A stretch of 64,000 bases of DNA from Macrostomum lignano (lineage: Eukaryota). Every line of letters starts with the position of its first letter. The first letter of the stretch is position 1. Shown here piece after piece: positions 52,801 to 64,000 of the stretch. The stretch is from assembly GCA_002269645.1 (NCBI GenBank), contig NIVC01001665.1:186001-250000 (forward strand), read 5' to 3'. The notes beneath the pieces were generated by a model, which saw nothing but the letters and a program-made list of their open reading frames with translations, made no database searches and was not told the origin of the DNA. The position numbers and the translations under genes are program-made.

Positions 52801-55800
52801 CAATGTACACTCCCGCTATCCTAAACCCTGCCCCAATGTACACTCCCGCTATCCTAAACCCTGCCCCAATGTACACTCGCACTCTATCCATCTCACTCTC
52901 CCATCAAGGTGGACGCGGACCTGTCAGTCGGCCTCACTCAACTAAGCAATTCTCGCGACCGTTGGGAAACCGAGCTGGCCTCTCTCCAAGAGAAGCTGGA
53001 AGAGATTCGGGACAGCCGCGAGCAGAACGCCGGCGCAATTGCCGAAGCCGTCGCCTCTTATCGGGCCTTTGTTGAAGAGATTGGCGAGACTGCCGCTAAA
53101 GAGAATCGCCGTCTGCATGATGATTTAGAAATGAAGGTAAGGCTTTTCTTATTTTAAATTCGGCAAAAAATATTGTCATTAAAAAACGCTAAATCGTCAG
53201 GAAAAATAGCCGATTTAATCCTCCTTTAGTCGTCTAGAAAATCTCTGAGTCAATGGGGAGTCTTCCTTAGTCATGAGGCAATCTCCTAAAGTTATGGGGA
53301 AATCTTTCTGACTCATGAAATTGTGAAATCTCCCTTAGTCATTGTGAAATCTCCCTAAGTCATTGTGAAATCTCCCTAAGTCATTGTGAAATCTCCCTAA
53401 GTCGATGGGAAATCTCCCTAAGTCATTGTGAAATCTCCCTAAGTCATTGTGAAATCTCCCTAAGTCAATGTGAAATCTCCCTAAGTCATTCTGAAATCTC
53501 CCTAAGTCATTGTGAAATCTCCCTAAGTCAATGTGAAATCTCCCTAAGTCAATGTGAAATCTCCCTAAGTCATTGTGAAATCTCCCTAAGTCATTGTGAA
53601 ATCTCCCTAAGTCAATGTGAAATCTCCCTAAGTCAATGTGAAATCTCCCTAAGTCAATGTGAAATCTCCCTAAGTCAATGGGAAATCTCCCTAAGTCAAT
53701 GTGAAATCTCCCTGAGTCAATGGGAAATCTCCCTAAGTCAATGGGAAATCTCCCTAAGTCAATAGGAAATCTTTCTAAGTCATTGGGAAATCTCCCTAAG
53801 CCATTATGAAATCTCAGTTAGCCATTGAGAAATCTCCCTTGAAGCCATCAGGAAATTTCCTTAAATCATTCAGAATCTTTAAGTCATGAGGAAATTCCCC
53901 TAAGTCATGGGGAATTCTCCCCAAGTCTCTAAGTCCCTAAATATTCCCAAGCCAAGTTTATTAGAACACTGGAATTACTGGAACAATCAATTAATTCGCA
54001 CTCTAAACACGCGCCGCCGCCAGGTGATGGAGCTGCTAGAAGCCACCAGCCGCGGGGTGGACCAAATGTCCGAAGCCGAGCAATTCGTCCGCCAATACCG
54101 CGAGCGCGCCGGTGCCGGCACCCTGGCCTACGCTAGGAAACTCCTAGTGGACTGGATGGCCACCCTGACTAGGAATCACTGGGACACCGGCCTGATCACT
54201 AGCATCCCGTTTCAGGCTAATCATCCCCGGGTTCGAGCCCTGCTCGAAGCCAATTTCGGCACATTCGGCAACAGTTCGGAATCTGCTTCGCTCGGTTCCG
54301 CCGCCGCAGCCGGCTCTGTGGATCAGTTCGATCCTCAACTGATGCTGCAGCATCACGCTCAGCATCAGAACGCCGAACTGATGAAGCCGCACATGCTGGC
54401 TAGCAACGCACCGGCTACGGTTGTACCGCCGCAGGTGCTCTACGGATTGCCGCAATCGGCGGCTGCAGCTGTCGCCGCTGCCGATACCACCGCGGCGGTT
54501 GTTTCATCGGCCTCGGTAGCTTCGTCAATTGCCGGCGTTGTCGATGGAGTCGGCGGTGCCAACAGTCTGATCAGCAGCATGCTGGCCGCTAAACTCAGTC
54601 TGGATGTCGGCGGTGTCGGCGTCGGAAGCGGTGTCGGAGGTGGCGGTGGCGGCGCTGTCGGTCCCGTGTCGCCAATAATCGGTACAACGCCCAGAGCGAT
54701 GACGCCGAACTCCATGGACTTCATGGGCGGCGGCGGCGGCGGCGGCCGATCCATTGGCAGCGGCGGCAGTGGCGGCGGCGGCGGAGGTGGCGGCGGTGGA
54801 ATGCCATTCCCGAATCGGAACGGCCGCTGCGGGAACATGACTGTCCGGTTTCGCTGGGGCTCGCTAGGCTCGTCGCGCGGTCAGTTTAATTCGCCGCATG
54901 GTTTCTGCCTCGGCTCTGACGAGGATATTGTTGTGGCTGACACTCAGAACCACCGGATTCAGGTGTTCGACAAGACCGGCGAGCACAAGTTCCAGTTCGG
55001 CGTGGCCGGCCGCGACGAGGGGCAGCTGTGGTATCCGAGAAAGGTGAGGGATTTGATCTGGGAGGCTGGTAGCTTTATTTTTAGGGATCTAGGAGGCTGG
55101 TAGCTTAATCTGGGAGGCTGGTAGCTTAATCTGGGAGGCTGGTAGCTTAATCTGGGAGGCTGGCAGCTTAATCTGGGAGGCTGGTAGCTTAATCTGGGAG
55201 GCTGGTAGCTTAATCTGGGAGGCTGGCAGCTTAATCTGGGAGGCTGGCAGCTTAATCTGGGAGGCTGGTAGCTTAATCTGGGAGGCTGGTAGCTTAATCT
55301 GGGAGGCTGGTAGCTTAATCTGGGAGGCTGGCAGCTTAATCTGGGGATCTGGGAGGCTGGTAGCTTTAATTTAGGGATCTGGGAGGCAGGTAGCTTAATC
55401 TGAGGATCTGGGAGGCTGGTAGCTTAATCTGAGGATCTGGAAGGCTGGTAGCTTAATCTGAGGATCTGGGAGGCTGGTAGCTTAATCTGAGGATCTGGGA
55501 GGCCGGTAGCTTTAATTTAGGGATCTGGGAGGCTGGTAGCTTTAATTTGGAGACCTGGGAGGCCGGTAGCTTTAATTTGGGGACCTGGGAGGCCGGTAGC
55601 TTTAATTTGGGGACCTGGGAGGCTGGTAGCTTTAATTTGGGGACCTGGGAGGCTGGTAGCTTTAATTTGGGACCTGGGATGCCGGTAGTTTTCTAAGAAT
55701 GTGAGAGTTACAGTTGCAGAAATTCACATAAAAGAACCCAAAAATCTGAATAAATACATCCATTCGACTGTACACTCGCTCCCGTTGCCAGGTAGTTGTC

Positions 55801-56820
55801 ATGCGCCAAACCGGCAAGTACATAATCTGCGACCGAGGCAGCGAACGCAGTCGCATGCAAATCTTCACTAAATCGGGCCACTTCCTGCGCAAAATCACCG
55901 TGCGCTACATAGACATAGTTGCCGGGCTGGCCATCAATAGCCAGAATCATATTGTGGCCGTGGACTCCGTGTCTCCAACCGTATTCGCCATCGCCGAGAA
56001 TGGCGATCTAGTGAAGTGGTTCGACTGCTCTAGCTATATGCGCGAGCCGTCTGACATCGCTATCCAGGGTCGGGAGTATTTCATCTGCGATTTCAAGGGC
56101 CACTGCGTGTCAGTGTTTCAGGTAGGACTTCTATGCACTTTAATAAAGTCATTGTCACAGTTGACAGATGTGGACTAGGGGCTAGGGGGGGGGGAGGTCG
56201 CCACACACCCTCAATTTACTCATTTTACAGTTTCTAGATTTGTTCAAGGCCCTTTTTACAAACAAAGACAACAAACGATTTGTACTCACAGGTGGTCACC
56301 CATCCAAGTACTAACCAAACCCATCATTGCTTAACTTCGGTGATCAGACGAGAACCGGTGTTTTCAACGTGGTATTACCGTTCCCTGTAGTGCACTTAGC
56401 TCATCTCAAACAGTGTGTTCATCTACGTACCTAACCGCGACCAAATTTGCTTAACTTCTAGATTTTATGACAATAGCACAATATCTGAGATTTAGTATAG
56501 TGAGACTAGCCGCCGCCCCCCCTCCCAATCCACAGGAGGACGGCGTGTTCCTTCGCCGCATCGGCTCCGAATCTGTCACTAATTTTCCTAACGGCATCGA
56601 CATTAGCGACCATGGCGATGTTTTAGTTGGCGACTCGCATGGCAACAAATTCCACGTGGCCGTGTTTAATCGGCTCGGCCAGCTGACTTCCGAGTTCGAG
56701 TGTCCGGCCGTGAAAGTGTCCCGATGCTGCGGACTGAAAATCACTAGCGAAGGCTACGTTGTCACCCTAGCTAAGAACAATCATCACGTGCTGGTGCTGG
56801 ATACGCTCTACATTAATTAG
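49813..56820 (+). CDS. mei-P26: TRIM-NHL protein of the Mei-P26/NHL-2 clade (RING, 2 B-boxes, coiled coil, NHL propeller), ~953 aa. Exons 49813-50423, 51232-51508, 51595-51705, 52909-53136, 54024-55043, 55792-56121, 56536-56820
   Basis: All junctions are GT-AG and phase-consistent. The NHL region ([80 protein letters not shown]) matches recalled Drosophila Mei-P26 rather than Brat. B-box1 is CGGC...[12 protein letters not shown]...H and B-box2 is CFDH...YCQDC...CPEC...DHKQH. Confidence 0.93.
50640..51110. repeat. 23-bp minisatellite (C/T)GGCCATAAACTGCC(C/T)TAAATAT in mei-P26 intron 1
   Basis: Period 23 at 50701/50724. Confidence 0.93.
51718..52878. repeat. 33-bp minisatellite (core CCCAATGTACACTC) with a 99-bp trimeric higher-order unit, mei-P26 intron 3
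   Basis: Period 33 at 51841/51874. The GCTATTCTAAAC variant recurs every 99 bp (52287, 52386, 52485). Confidence 0.93.
53320..53910. repeat. 21-bp minisatellite GTGAAATCTCCCTAAGTCA(T/A)T, mei-P26 intron 4
   Basis: Period 21 at 53341/53362/53383. Confidence 0.93.
55055..55690. repeat. 21-bp (later ~28-bp) minisatellite ATCTGGGAGGCTGG(T/C)AGCTTA, mei-P26 intron 5
   Basis: Period 21 at 55141/55162; begins about 10 nt after the donor. Confidence 0.93.
56282..56385 (-). pseudogene. 5S rRNA-derived sequence (truncated 5S pseudogene or SINE3-like head) antisense in mei-P26 intron 6
   Basis: The minus strand reads ACGGTAATACCACGTTGAAAACACCGGTTCTCGTCTGATCACCGAAGTTAAGCAA...GGTTAGTACTTGGATGGGTGACCACCTG, clearly 5S-like with A and C boxes. 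The native 3' end is absent. Confidence 0.85.
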
Positions 56821-59800
56821 ACTGTTGGTCATTTAGTTTAGTTTGGCTTGTTTAGCAACAACAACAAACTGTTCATTCCCTGTGTGTGTGCGCTTGTTTT
56901 TTTGTAGTTCTCCTGTCTCATTCTCGCTCGTATCTCTTCCCAGTTTGGCAACACAATCGGTCGCTTTTTTGTTTCTATATATTATATCACAGATGCTAGA
57001 ATAACTAAATGAGCCACTCAGCAAATTTCGTGTAAACTACTTTCAGTTCAGTAGTAAGCTAAACAGAAGCATTTTAATGTATTTTTCAAGCCAATCCTCC
57101 TTTATTGGCTCTTACCCCCCCCCCCCCGAACCTAAAACCACCTCCCGCCCCGCCCCAATTTTTATTGCCTTTCTCGGAATTCCAGCCCAAGAAAAGCTGT
57201 TATATATGTGCATTTCAGTGGACTGGCCAATGTACATTATTGCTGAACCAATTAGCAAGCAAGTTGTTTACGCCTGCAAGCTTGGCTTTTAAACTTATCA
57301 AAGTCATTTCAGCTGCCTTTATTTTTTTATAAAATAGCTTATGTATTCTTTTTTTCTACTGAACTGAAAGTAGAAAGGAATTTTACTAAGTATATATGTC
57401 TGTGTGGCCCATCTAGTTATTTTAGAATCTGTGTATTATACCCAGTTGGTTTTATTTTAATAATAATATATTATATTGCTTTTTTATTTATTGTTTTAGG
57501 CTATATCTCCCTGTTTAACTCCTTTGCTTGCTATCTAATTATTTTATTAGAGAAAAATATTACAAAATGACAGCATCCTACCTACATTAGATAACAACTC
57601 TTATGAGTAAGCTAATTATGATTATTAATATTATTATTATTATTGTTATTTCATACAGTATGCTAACAGCTTGGCTTTGACTTTGTTCACCTTTTTTCTC
57701 TCAGCATAGTAGGTAAAAAGCTTATTTTTTAAAATAAATAATAGTTTAGCCAACCTTGTGCAATCGAATTATTAATAAATTTATGAATAATAATGCTACT
57801 ATTACTACTATTATTGTGTTTTAATTAGCTAATCCCAGTGCCCTACATTTTTAAGCACCTGTTTACCTTTCTTATAGTCTGTTTTTCATTTACCAATATC
57901 GCTACTACTACTATTATTTATAAGAGAGTAAATCTTTTTTTTTGTAATAATCTTTCAACCTCGCCACCTTTTGGTAACCGTTTTACACCAGCATTAGGTT
58001 GTTGCTCTGTAGTGACTGACATCCTGTAATCTCCTTTATTCGATAATTGTATTTTCAAATTTTTAATGTACCCCACCCCCGTTACCTTAATCTGAACACA
58101 ATGGACTATTTTTTATTAAGTAATATTTTATTTCAACTTTATCCAGATTTAAATATACTGGCTGGTGCAATAGCAAGTAACTAATGCCCTCATTATTCAA
58201 TTATTACTCCTATTAATAATTCATATTTATGATGTTTAGTGTCTGCAATGCAGATGTCTTGCCCGAGCCATCCCATCTCATCGGAGTGATATTAATACCT
58301 ATATACGCTTTTTTAATAATTATTTTTTAATCTTTGATACATGCTTTTTATTACTTACATTCTGTGGTTGGATAAGTAGTGCTGGATGAATCCTCTAATT
58401 CAAAATGAAACTTGGGGTCTCGCAAAAGTTTCTGGGCGACTGTTGGATAAGAAGATTTTAACTGGCTTCCAGGGCTAAAGAATGACATTGTGTCTGTTTT
58501 AATATTCCATTAATTCACTCAAAAGTCAAGTCACAATTTGGAAATTACTTGTGTAATTAATTTTTTTTAAGTCTGCGTTTATTATTTATTTCGAAATTAA
58601 ACCATTATTCTACTATACTATGTATGCTACTTCCTAAATAGACGAACATCGTGTATTTTTTCTTTTTTTCATTTTTTCACTCGGTTTATTTTTGAAAAGT
58701 GTTCTGTTTTTATCCCAGCGTATTTTTGTTTATCAGCCTGGTTCTCCCGTTGCTCAAAGTTGATCAGCTCTTAGACTCAGCAGTAACCCCGGGTTCGCAA
58801 GTGCAGTTTATATGATTAGTAAAGTTGATTGACACTTTGCTGTGATGATTTACTTACACCAAGCTTTTAAAACTATTATACTTGCTGAACTTTGTCAATT
58901 ATTTATCATTTGCAATCAGCGGCCGCACTTTTTTGTTCCATTTTTTTCTTAATTAAGAAAAGCAAAACAACTTTTTGGTCATTTATTATTATTATTAAGT
59001 TTTTTGAGATTATTAATTAAGCAAAGGACAAACAACCGAATAGCTTTAGTTTTATATCTATTATTTGTGTATTAATAGGAACCATTTGTGTTTGTGTTTT
59101 TTCGTTATGCAATTTATCTTACCTAGGTAATTAGTTCTACACAGCGTGAGCAGGGGCTGCTGTTGTCCGGTCTATTTCTTCGTTATAAGCAACAGTTTTT
59201 TTCCTTAAAAATTTTAAAAAACCTTTTTTCTCTCTGTTTCAATACAATTTTAATACTTTTTACCGCCAAAAAAACATTGAGTTTAAATTAATTAATATTA
59301 GCAAGTCTCCAAGCAGTTATTATTTATTTATTATTTGCCACACTATTCTGACCGACAGTTTACATTTTTAATCATTTTGAAGTTTAATCAATCAAAGTCT
59401 CAACTGTCTTCTGCCGCCCCCCCCCCCCTAAATTGAAGTTATTTTGTTATAATTCGCTGCAAATTTCAAATTGCTTGCAATCTGATAAAAAGGTTTAACT
59501 ATTCATGTATTGTATTTGCGTGCTTCTTGCGGTAATGATAGTTTTCTGCCCTCCCGGGTCCCCCCTGTCTTTTGTCGCCAATTTTATAGCGAAAGATATT
59601 AGACAGCTTTAAATAGCCCAAAATGTGCTGGTTGGTTGTTCAACTATTTTGTCAGGGTAGAATTTTAGCGTAGATTAAATATAGAACTCATTTATAGAGC
59701 AGGCTGTTCACTTTAACGTTACGTACATTATTTTTATACAAAATAATTTTAATAATAATAATATTAATAAACACCTACAGACACGGTTGCTACATATTGC

Positions 59801-60011
59801 CGTTTTTTTCGTTTTTCTGGAATTAAAAAAATCTCTACCAAAAATGCGTTTCTAATTCCATTTTTGTTTATTCATTTTGACCAGCAAAACTCATTTAGAA
59901 TCAATCGGGTCTGGATTGGATAGACGTTGAACTTCTTCAAACTTGAGCACATGCAAGCGCGGCAGTACTGTACTCAGGCACGCACTCACACACACGCTCA
60001 CACATGGTGTG

Positions 60012-60495
60012 CAATTATCCGATATGTATCGAAAGTAGCAATTTCTCTATCTATTATCCGATATGTATCGAAAGTAGCTATTTCTATATCTATTATCCGA
60101 TATGTATCCAAAGTAGCTATTTCTATATCCATTATCCGATATGTATCGAAAGTAGCTATTTCTATATCTATTATCCGATATGTATCAAAAGTAGCTATTT
60201 CTATATCTATTATCCGATATGTATCAAAAGTAGCTATTTCTATATCTATTATCCGATATGTATCGAAAGTAGCTATTTCTATATCTATTATCCGATATGT
60301 ATCGAAAGTAGCTATTTCTCTTTATCTATTATCCGATGTGTATCAAAAGTAGCTATTTCTATGTCTATTATCCGATATGTATCGAAAGTAGCTATTTCTA
60401 TATCTATTATCCGATATGTATCGAAAGTAGCTATTTCTATATCTATTATCCGATATGTATCGAAAGTAGCTATTACTATATCTATTATCTGATAT
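60012..60495. repeat. 39-bp minisatellite TATTATCCGATATGTATCGAAAGTAGCTATTTCTATATC
   Basis: Period 39 at 60061/60100, about 12 units, intergenic or UTR-distal. Confidence 0.95.
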
Positions 60496-61253
60496 TTATG
60501 TATTCTAAATGGACGATTTTTCAATTCTCTGGTACGCACCGAAAGTAGCTAATAGTTGCTAGCAGACTACTCGTTACCTTTTTGCCAGCATAGTAAGTAG
60601 TATAATCAAGAATATTGCAACATTTTTTCATATTGAATACTTAGTTGCATATTCATTAGATGGGCTATGTTACAGCTGATGAGTAGTTAACAGACTGTTA
60701 AAGACAGGCTTTGAGAAAAGGATTTTGTGGGTAATTAGTTTTTAATAATGAATTTTTTCCTAAACTTATTACTTACTAGTGAGTAGGATATCGCTACAAG
60801 ACGGCAGAAAAATCATTCTCAAATGGCAGTCAGGAACGAGAAAAGCTTTTTTAGTCAGCAAGCGAAGCGTGGATTTCAACTTTCTCGACGAAAATTTTAA
60901 AATAAAAGCTTTCTTCTTAAGATTAAGCGGCTTTAAACTACGACACAAATAAAAAAGTTTTAGACAACGCCCACGTTTTTGTAGTTGTGAACTTGTCAAT
61001 CAACCTTGGAGACTGTCGAGAGACCACCTGCTGACAATAGAGACAGTTACGGGCCATAGCATCGCAGCGCCTTTGTTGTCGCTGGGTCTCTGCTTGAAAT
61101 GCAATTGGTATCCATGCCAACAAAGCAGAGTTAGATGGTAGAGTTAGAGGGAGGGGCAGGGGTTCCTTGTGTTAAATAACAGCGCCGAGATAAGCAGCGC
61201 GCTCTCGAAATTTCTTCACTGGCTAAATTCCGATTGAGAAAGAAAACGAGCCA

Positions 61254-63153
61254 ATGTCATCTTCTGCTTTTAGAGCTGTTGCGACACTGCTGACTTGCGC
61301 TGGCTGCTGCTTGCCTTGGGTGATCGCGACTCAGACCGGCTACACTGACTTCAATTGTAAGTGGTGTTCTAATTATCCTTGCGTCTAAAATGATCACGTA
61401 TCATCCGTTAGACATCTGATTCATCTGTTAGACATCTGATTCATCTGTTAGACATCTGATTCATCTGTTAGACATCTGATTCATCTGTTAGACATCTGAA
61501 TCATCTGTTAGACATCTGATTTATCTGTTAGACATTTGAATCATCTGTTAGAAATCTTAATCATCTGTTAGACATCTGAATCATCTTTTACACACCTGAA
61601 ATCACCTGTTTGACCTAGGATAGGAAAAATTTCCTATATTAAAAGGCCCAGGCCTAAAAGGCAGACAATATCGATGGGAAATTTTCAGTTTACGTCCGTG
61701 ACCCTCCCATCCCGACGGCATCCGCTGAGTATACCTTCTCGGACGGTCGCACCGTCGCTGAGTGCCTGATGCGATGCAAATTCAGCGCCTCTGTCAACTG
61801 CTACGCCACCGCCTTTCGGCAGGATCTCAACCGCTGCGTCTTCTCGGCAACTTGGTGCGCCAGATTTGACATCACTGCACCGTCGAGTTTCGTGTACAGG
61901 AAACGTCTGAGCAAGCCCGATTTTAGTGAGTTCTTATTGGACGATGCTTTGGTGGATTTGCCAAAAGCAAATCAGTCAGTGGACCGTGTCAGTGGACCGT
62001 GTCAGTGGTCTAGCGCGGCGCTCTGATATGTCTGTGGCCCAGGCTTGATAGTGCATTTAACTACCTTGAGAACCAACCCCCAAGGCACAGTGAAGTGTAC
62101 ATGCCTAACTATAAATAAAGTTAGGGCCGCTGTACACTCCTGTGTGTGTGTGTGCCTGTGGGTATGTCTAAGTACGTATCTGCGCGCTTGTGTGGCTGCT
62201 CAGGGGAGTCGACGGAATGGGCAGTAATGCCTCTCGCCGGTTGTGTGACAATGTCGCTCAAAGTGCGCCAGGCTGCACACAGGCCCTGCCTGTAAATTAG
62301 ATGCTCGATTAGACTTAAGCTCAGTCGGTGAAGTGTTCGATTAAGATGACCAGGTCCAGTTCGCAACAGAGAACATCAATAGCTACAGTATTAAATGCAG
62401 TGCATTTGTGTATAACTATAACTTATTAATCACTTCACGCAATCCATGCCGCAGATGTGTACGCCAGCGTTGGCAGTCGCAAGTTTCAAGTTATCCAACA
62501 ACGATCTAAAGGCTTTTTGAGCTTTGCTCAGTGCTGGGCCGACTACGAAAACGGATTCGGCGATGACAAAGACTTTTGGATTGGTAATGAGTCTATAAAA
62601 ATGTTTTTTAATAGCTGATTTAGTCTAGTGACTAGTGAGCCTGTGCCTTGGGGGGCTGGCCCTCTTGGCTGTGAATCGCACGAAAAACCCTCGAAGGCTT
62701 AAATAAACCGATCAGCCAATTTTTGTATTTCAAGGATTGCGCAAAATCAACGAACTGACTGGAAACACGCCGCGACGCCTCCGCATCGAGGCTGTAACTC
62801 GCGAGAACAAGCTTTACGTTGCCGAGTACTCCGACTTCTCAGTTGGCGACGCGTCAACAAATTACTTGATGACATTCAATTCGTATTTGTCTGGAAGCTC
62901 CAACACCAGCGGAGATTCGCTCAGCATCAATAAGGGAATGAAATTCTCTACTCTGGATAGGGACAACGATGACAATTCGGACAGTTGCTCCCGAGAGTCC
63001 TACGGCTATGCCGGCTGGTGGTTCGAGCAGTGCTCCGACAGCAACCCTAACGGGATCTACTCGGCTGAGTTTAACAGCAATTCGGCCATGCACTATTGGG
63101 ACGCCGACAAGAAAAAGGCGTTGAAAAGCATTCGACTCATGGTGGAGATTTGA
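61254..63153 (+). CDS. Secreted PAN/apple + fibrinogen C-terminal (FReD) domain protein, ~295 aa. Exons 61254-61356, 61689-61925, 62455-62583, 62735-63153
   Basis: Exon 1 encodes a hydrophobic signal-like sequence. Exon 2 has the ECLMRC...C...F...C PAN pattern. Exons 3-4 give VIQQR..G..SF...W.DYENGFGD...FWIGL...GMKFSTLDRDND...C...GWWF..C..SNPNG (FReD). Phases 1,1,1 are consistent. Confidence 0.85.
61405..61590. repeat. 20-bp minisatellite TCATCTGTTAGACATCTGA(T/A) in intron 1 of the PAN-FReD gene
   Basis: Period 20 read directly, about 8 units. Confidence 0.92.
61990..62300 (+). mobile_element. tRNA-derived SINE, copy 2 (intron 2 of the PAN-FReD gene)
   Basis: Shares blocks such as CTGCTCAGGGGAGT..CGGAATGGGCAGTAATGCCTCTCGC.GGTTGTGTG and AAAGTGCGCCAGG with the reverse complement of 47041-47389. 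The head is more degenerate. Confidence 0.7.
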
Positions 63154-63229
63154 GTTTGTAGCTACGCTCGTACGAACCATGCAGAGCGAGTGTTGAGTCG
63201 TTTGACGTTTTATTAGATGAGACCATTTG

Positions 63230-63740
63230 GACGGTGTGGTGTCGTTTTCATTTGAGACGATGTGTCATTTTCATTTGAGACGGTGTGTGGTGTCATTTTC
63301 ATTTGAGACGGTGTGTGGTGTCATTTTCATTTGAGACGGTGTGTGGTGTCATTTTCATTTGAGACGGTGTGTGGTGTCATTTTCACTTGAGACGGTGTGT
63401 GGTGTCATTTTCATTTAAGACGCTTCTGGTTCAGTTGGGACGGTGTGGTGTCATTTTCATTTGAGACTCTTCTGGTTCAGTTGGGACGGTGTGGTATCAT
63501 TTTCATTTGAGACTCTTCTGGTTCAGTTGGGACGGTGTGGTGTCATTTTCATTTGAGACTCTTCTGGTTCAGTTGGGACGGTGTGGTGTCATTTTCATTT
63601 GAGACTCTTCTGGTTCAGTTGGGACGGTGTGGTGTCATTTTCATTCGAGACGCTTCTGGTTCAGTTGGGACGGTGTGGTGTCATTTTCATTTGAGACGCT
63701 TCTGGTTCAGTTGGGACGTTGTGTGTGTGTGTGTGTGTGT
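63230..63740. repeat. Compound minisatellite: 28-bp units (GAGACGGTGTGTGGTGTCATTTTCATTT), then 46-bp units, ending in (GT)n
   Basis: Periods at 63305/63333 and 63541/63587. Confidence 0.93.
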
Positions 63741-64000
63741 GTGTAATTTTCATTTCAGATGGTTTGGGTTAGTTTAGGACGGTGTTATTTGGGATAAATT
63801 GTTTTTTATTGCCGTAGCTACAGCTCATCCGAGATCCGATACCTATAGCTGAGATTGCATGGTTGTCATATCTAGACGAGACAGTTTTTGTCATGTTTGT
63901 TATTAAATAATAATAAATAGAATATTTTTCTGTATTTTGTTCCTCATCTTTAAGCGCCGTAATTAATCTATTTAATCTTCTAATTATTTTATAATATGTT

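Noticed and set aside
49813-56820. Initial call as brat
   Set aside because: The NHL motifs ([26 protein letters not shown]) and the presence of a RING fit Mei-P26/NHL-2, not Brat/NCL-1.
56821-59770. Long AT-rich putative mei-P26 3' UTR with regulatory elements
   Set aside because: Plausible, but the UTR end and specific Pumilio/Sxl sites cannot be established from sequence alone.
50640-60495. Regularly spaced 21-39-bp repeats superficially like CRISPR arrays
   Set aside because: Units are contiguous with no unique spacers, there are no cas genes, and the context is eukaryotic introns.
59927-60548. IIRYVSKVAIS / YYPICIESSY repeat ORFs
   Set aside because: Translations of the 39-bp minisatellite.

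Overview
Intron-rich, repeat-dense animal (invertebrate) genomic DNA. GC-rich exons and introns made largely of minisatellites are reminiscent of the flatworm Macrostomum, but that species call is inference only. Genes reconstructed by hand from GT-AG sites with consistent reading phase: (1) the last exon of a ninein-family gene (+); (2) a PHACTR gene (-, 6 firm exons plus a candidate first exon); (3) two paralogous 3-exon genes of an uncharacterised family with a His...NC signature like permuted papain-fold (LRAT/PPPDE-type) enzymes (-); (4) a 7-exon mei-P26/NHL-2-type TRIM-NHL gene (+); (5) a 4-exon secreted PAN/apple + fibrinogen-domain gene (+). Mobile DNA: a Ty3/Gypsy element whose protease and RT are deleted in frame, a full-length degenerate mariner, an intron-containing Crypton-like tyrosine-recombinase fragment, APE- and RNase H-bearing non-LTR fragments with a nested solo LTR, a THAP remnant between inverted repeats, a tRNA-derived SINE family, a 5S rRNA-derived element and several foldback/MITE-like elements. 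About 18 tandem arrays are present, several sharing a GGATCTGGGAGG core. A 4.7-kb near-identical duplication flanks a short N gap and may be an assembly artefact. All alignments and family assignments were done by eye or from recalled motifs; no searches were run.
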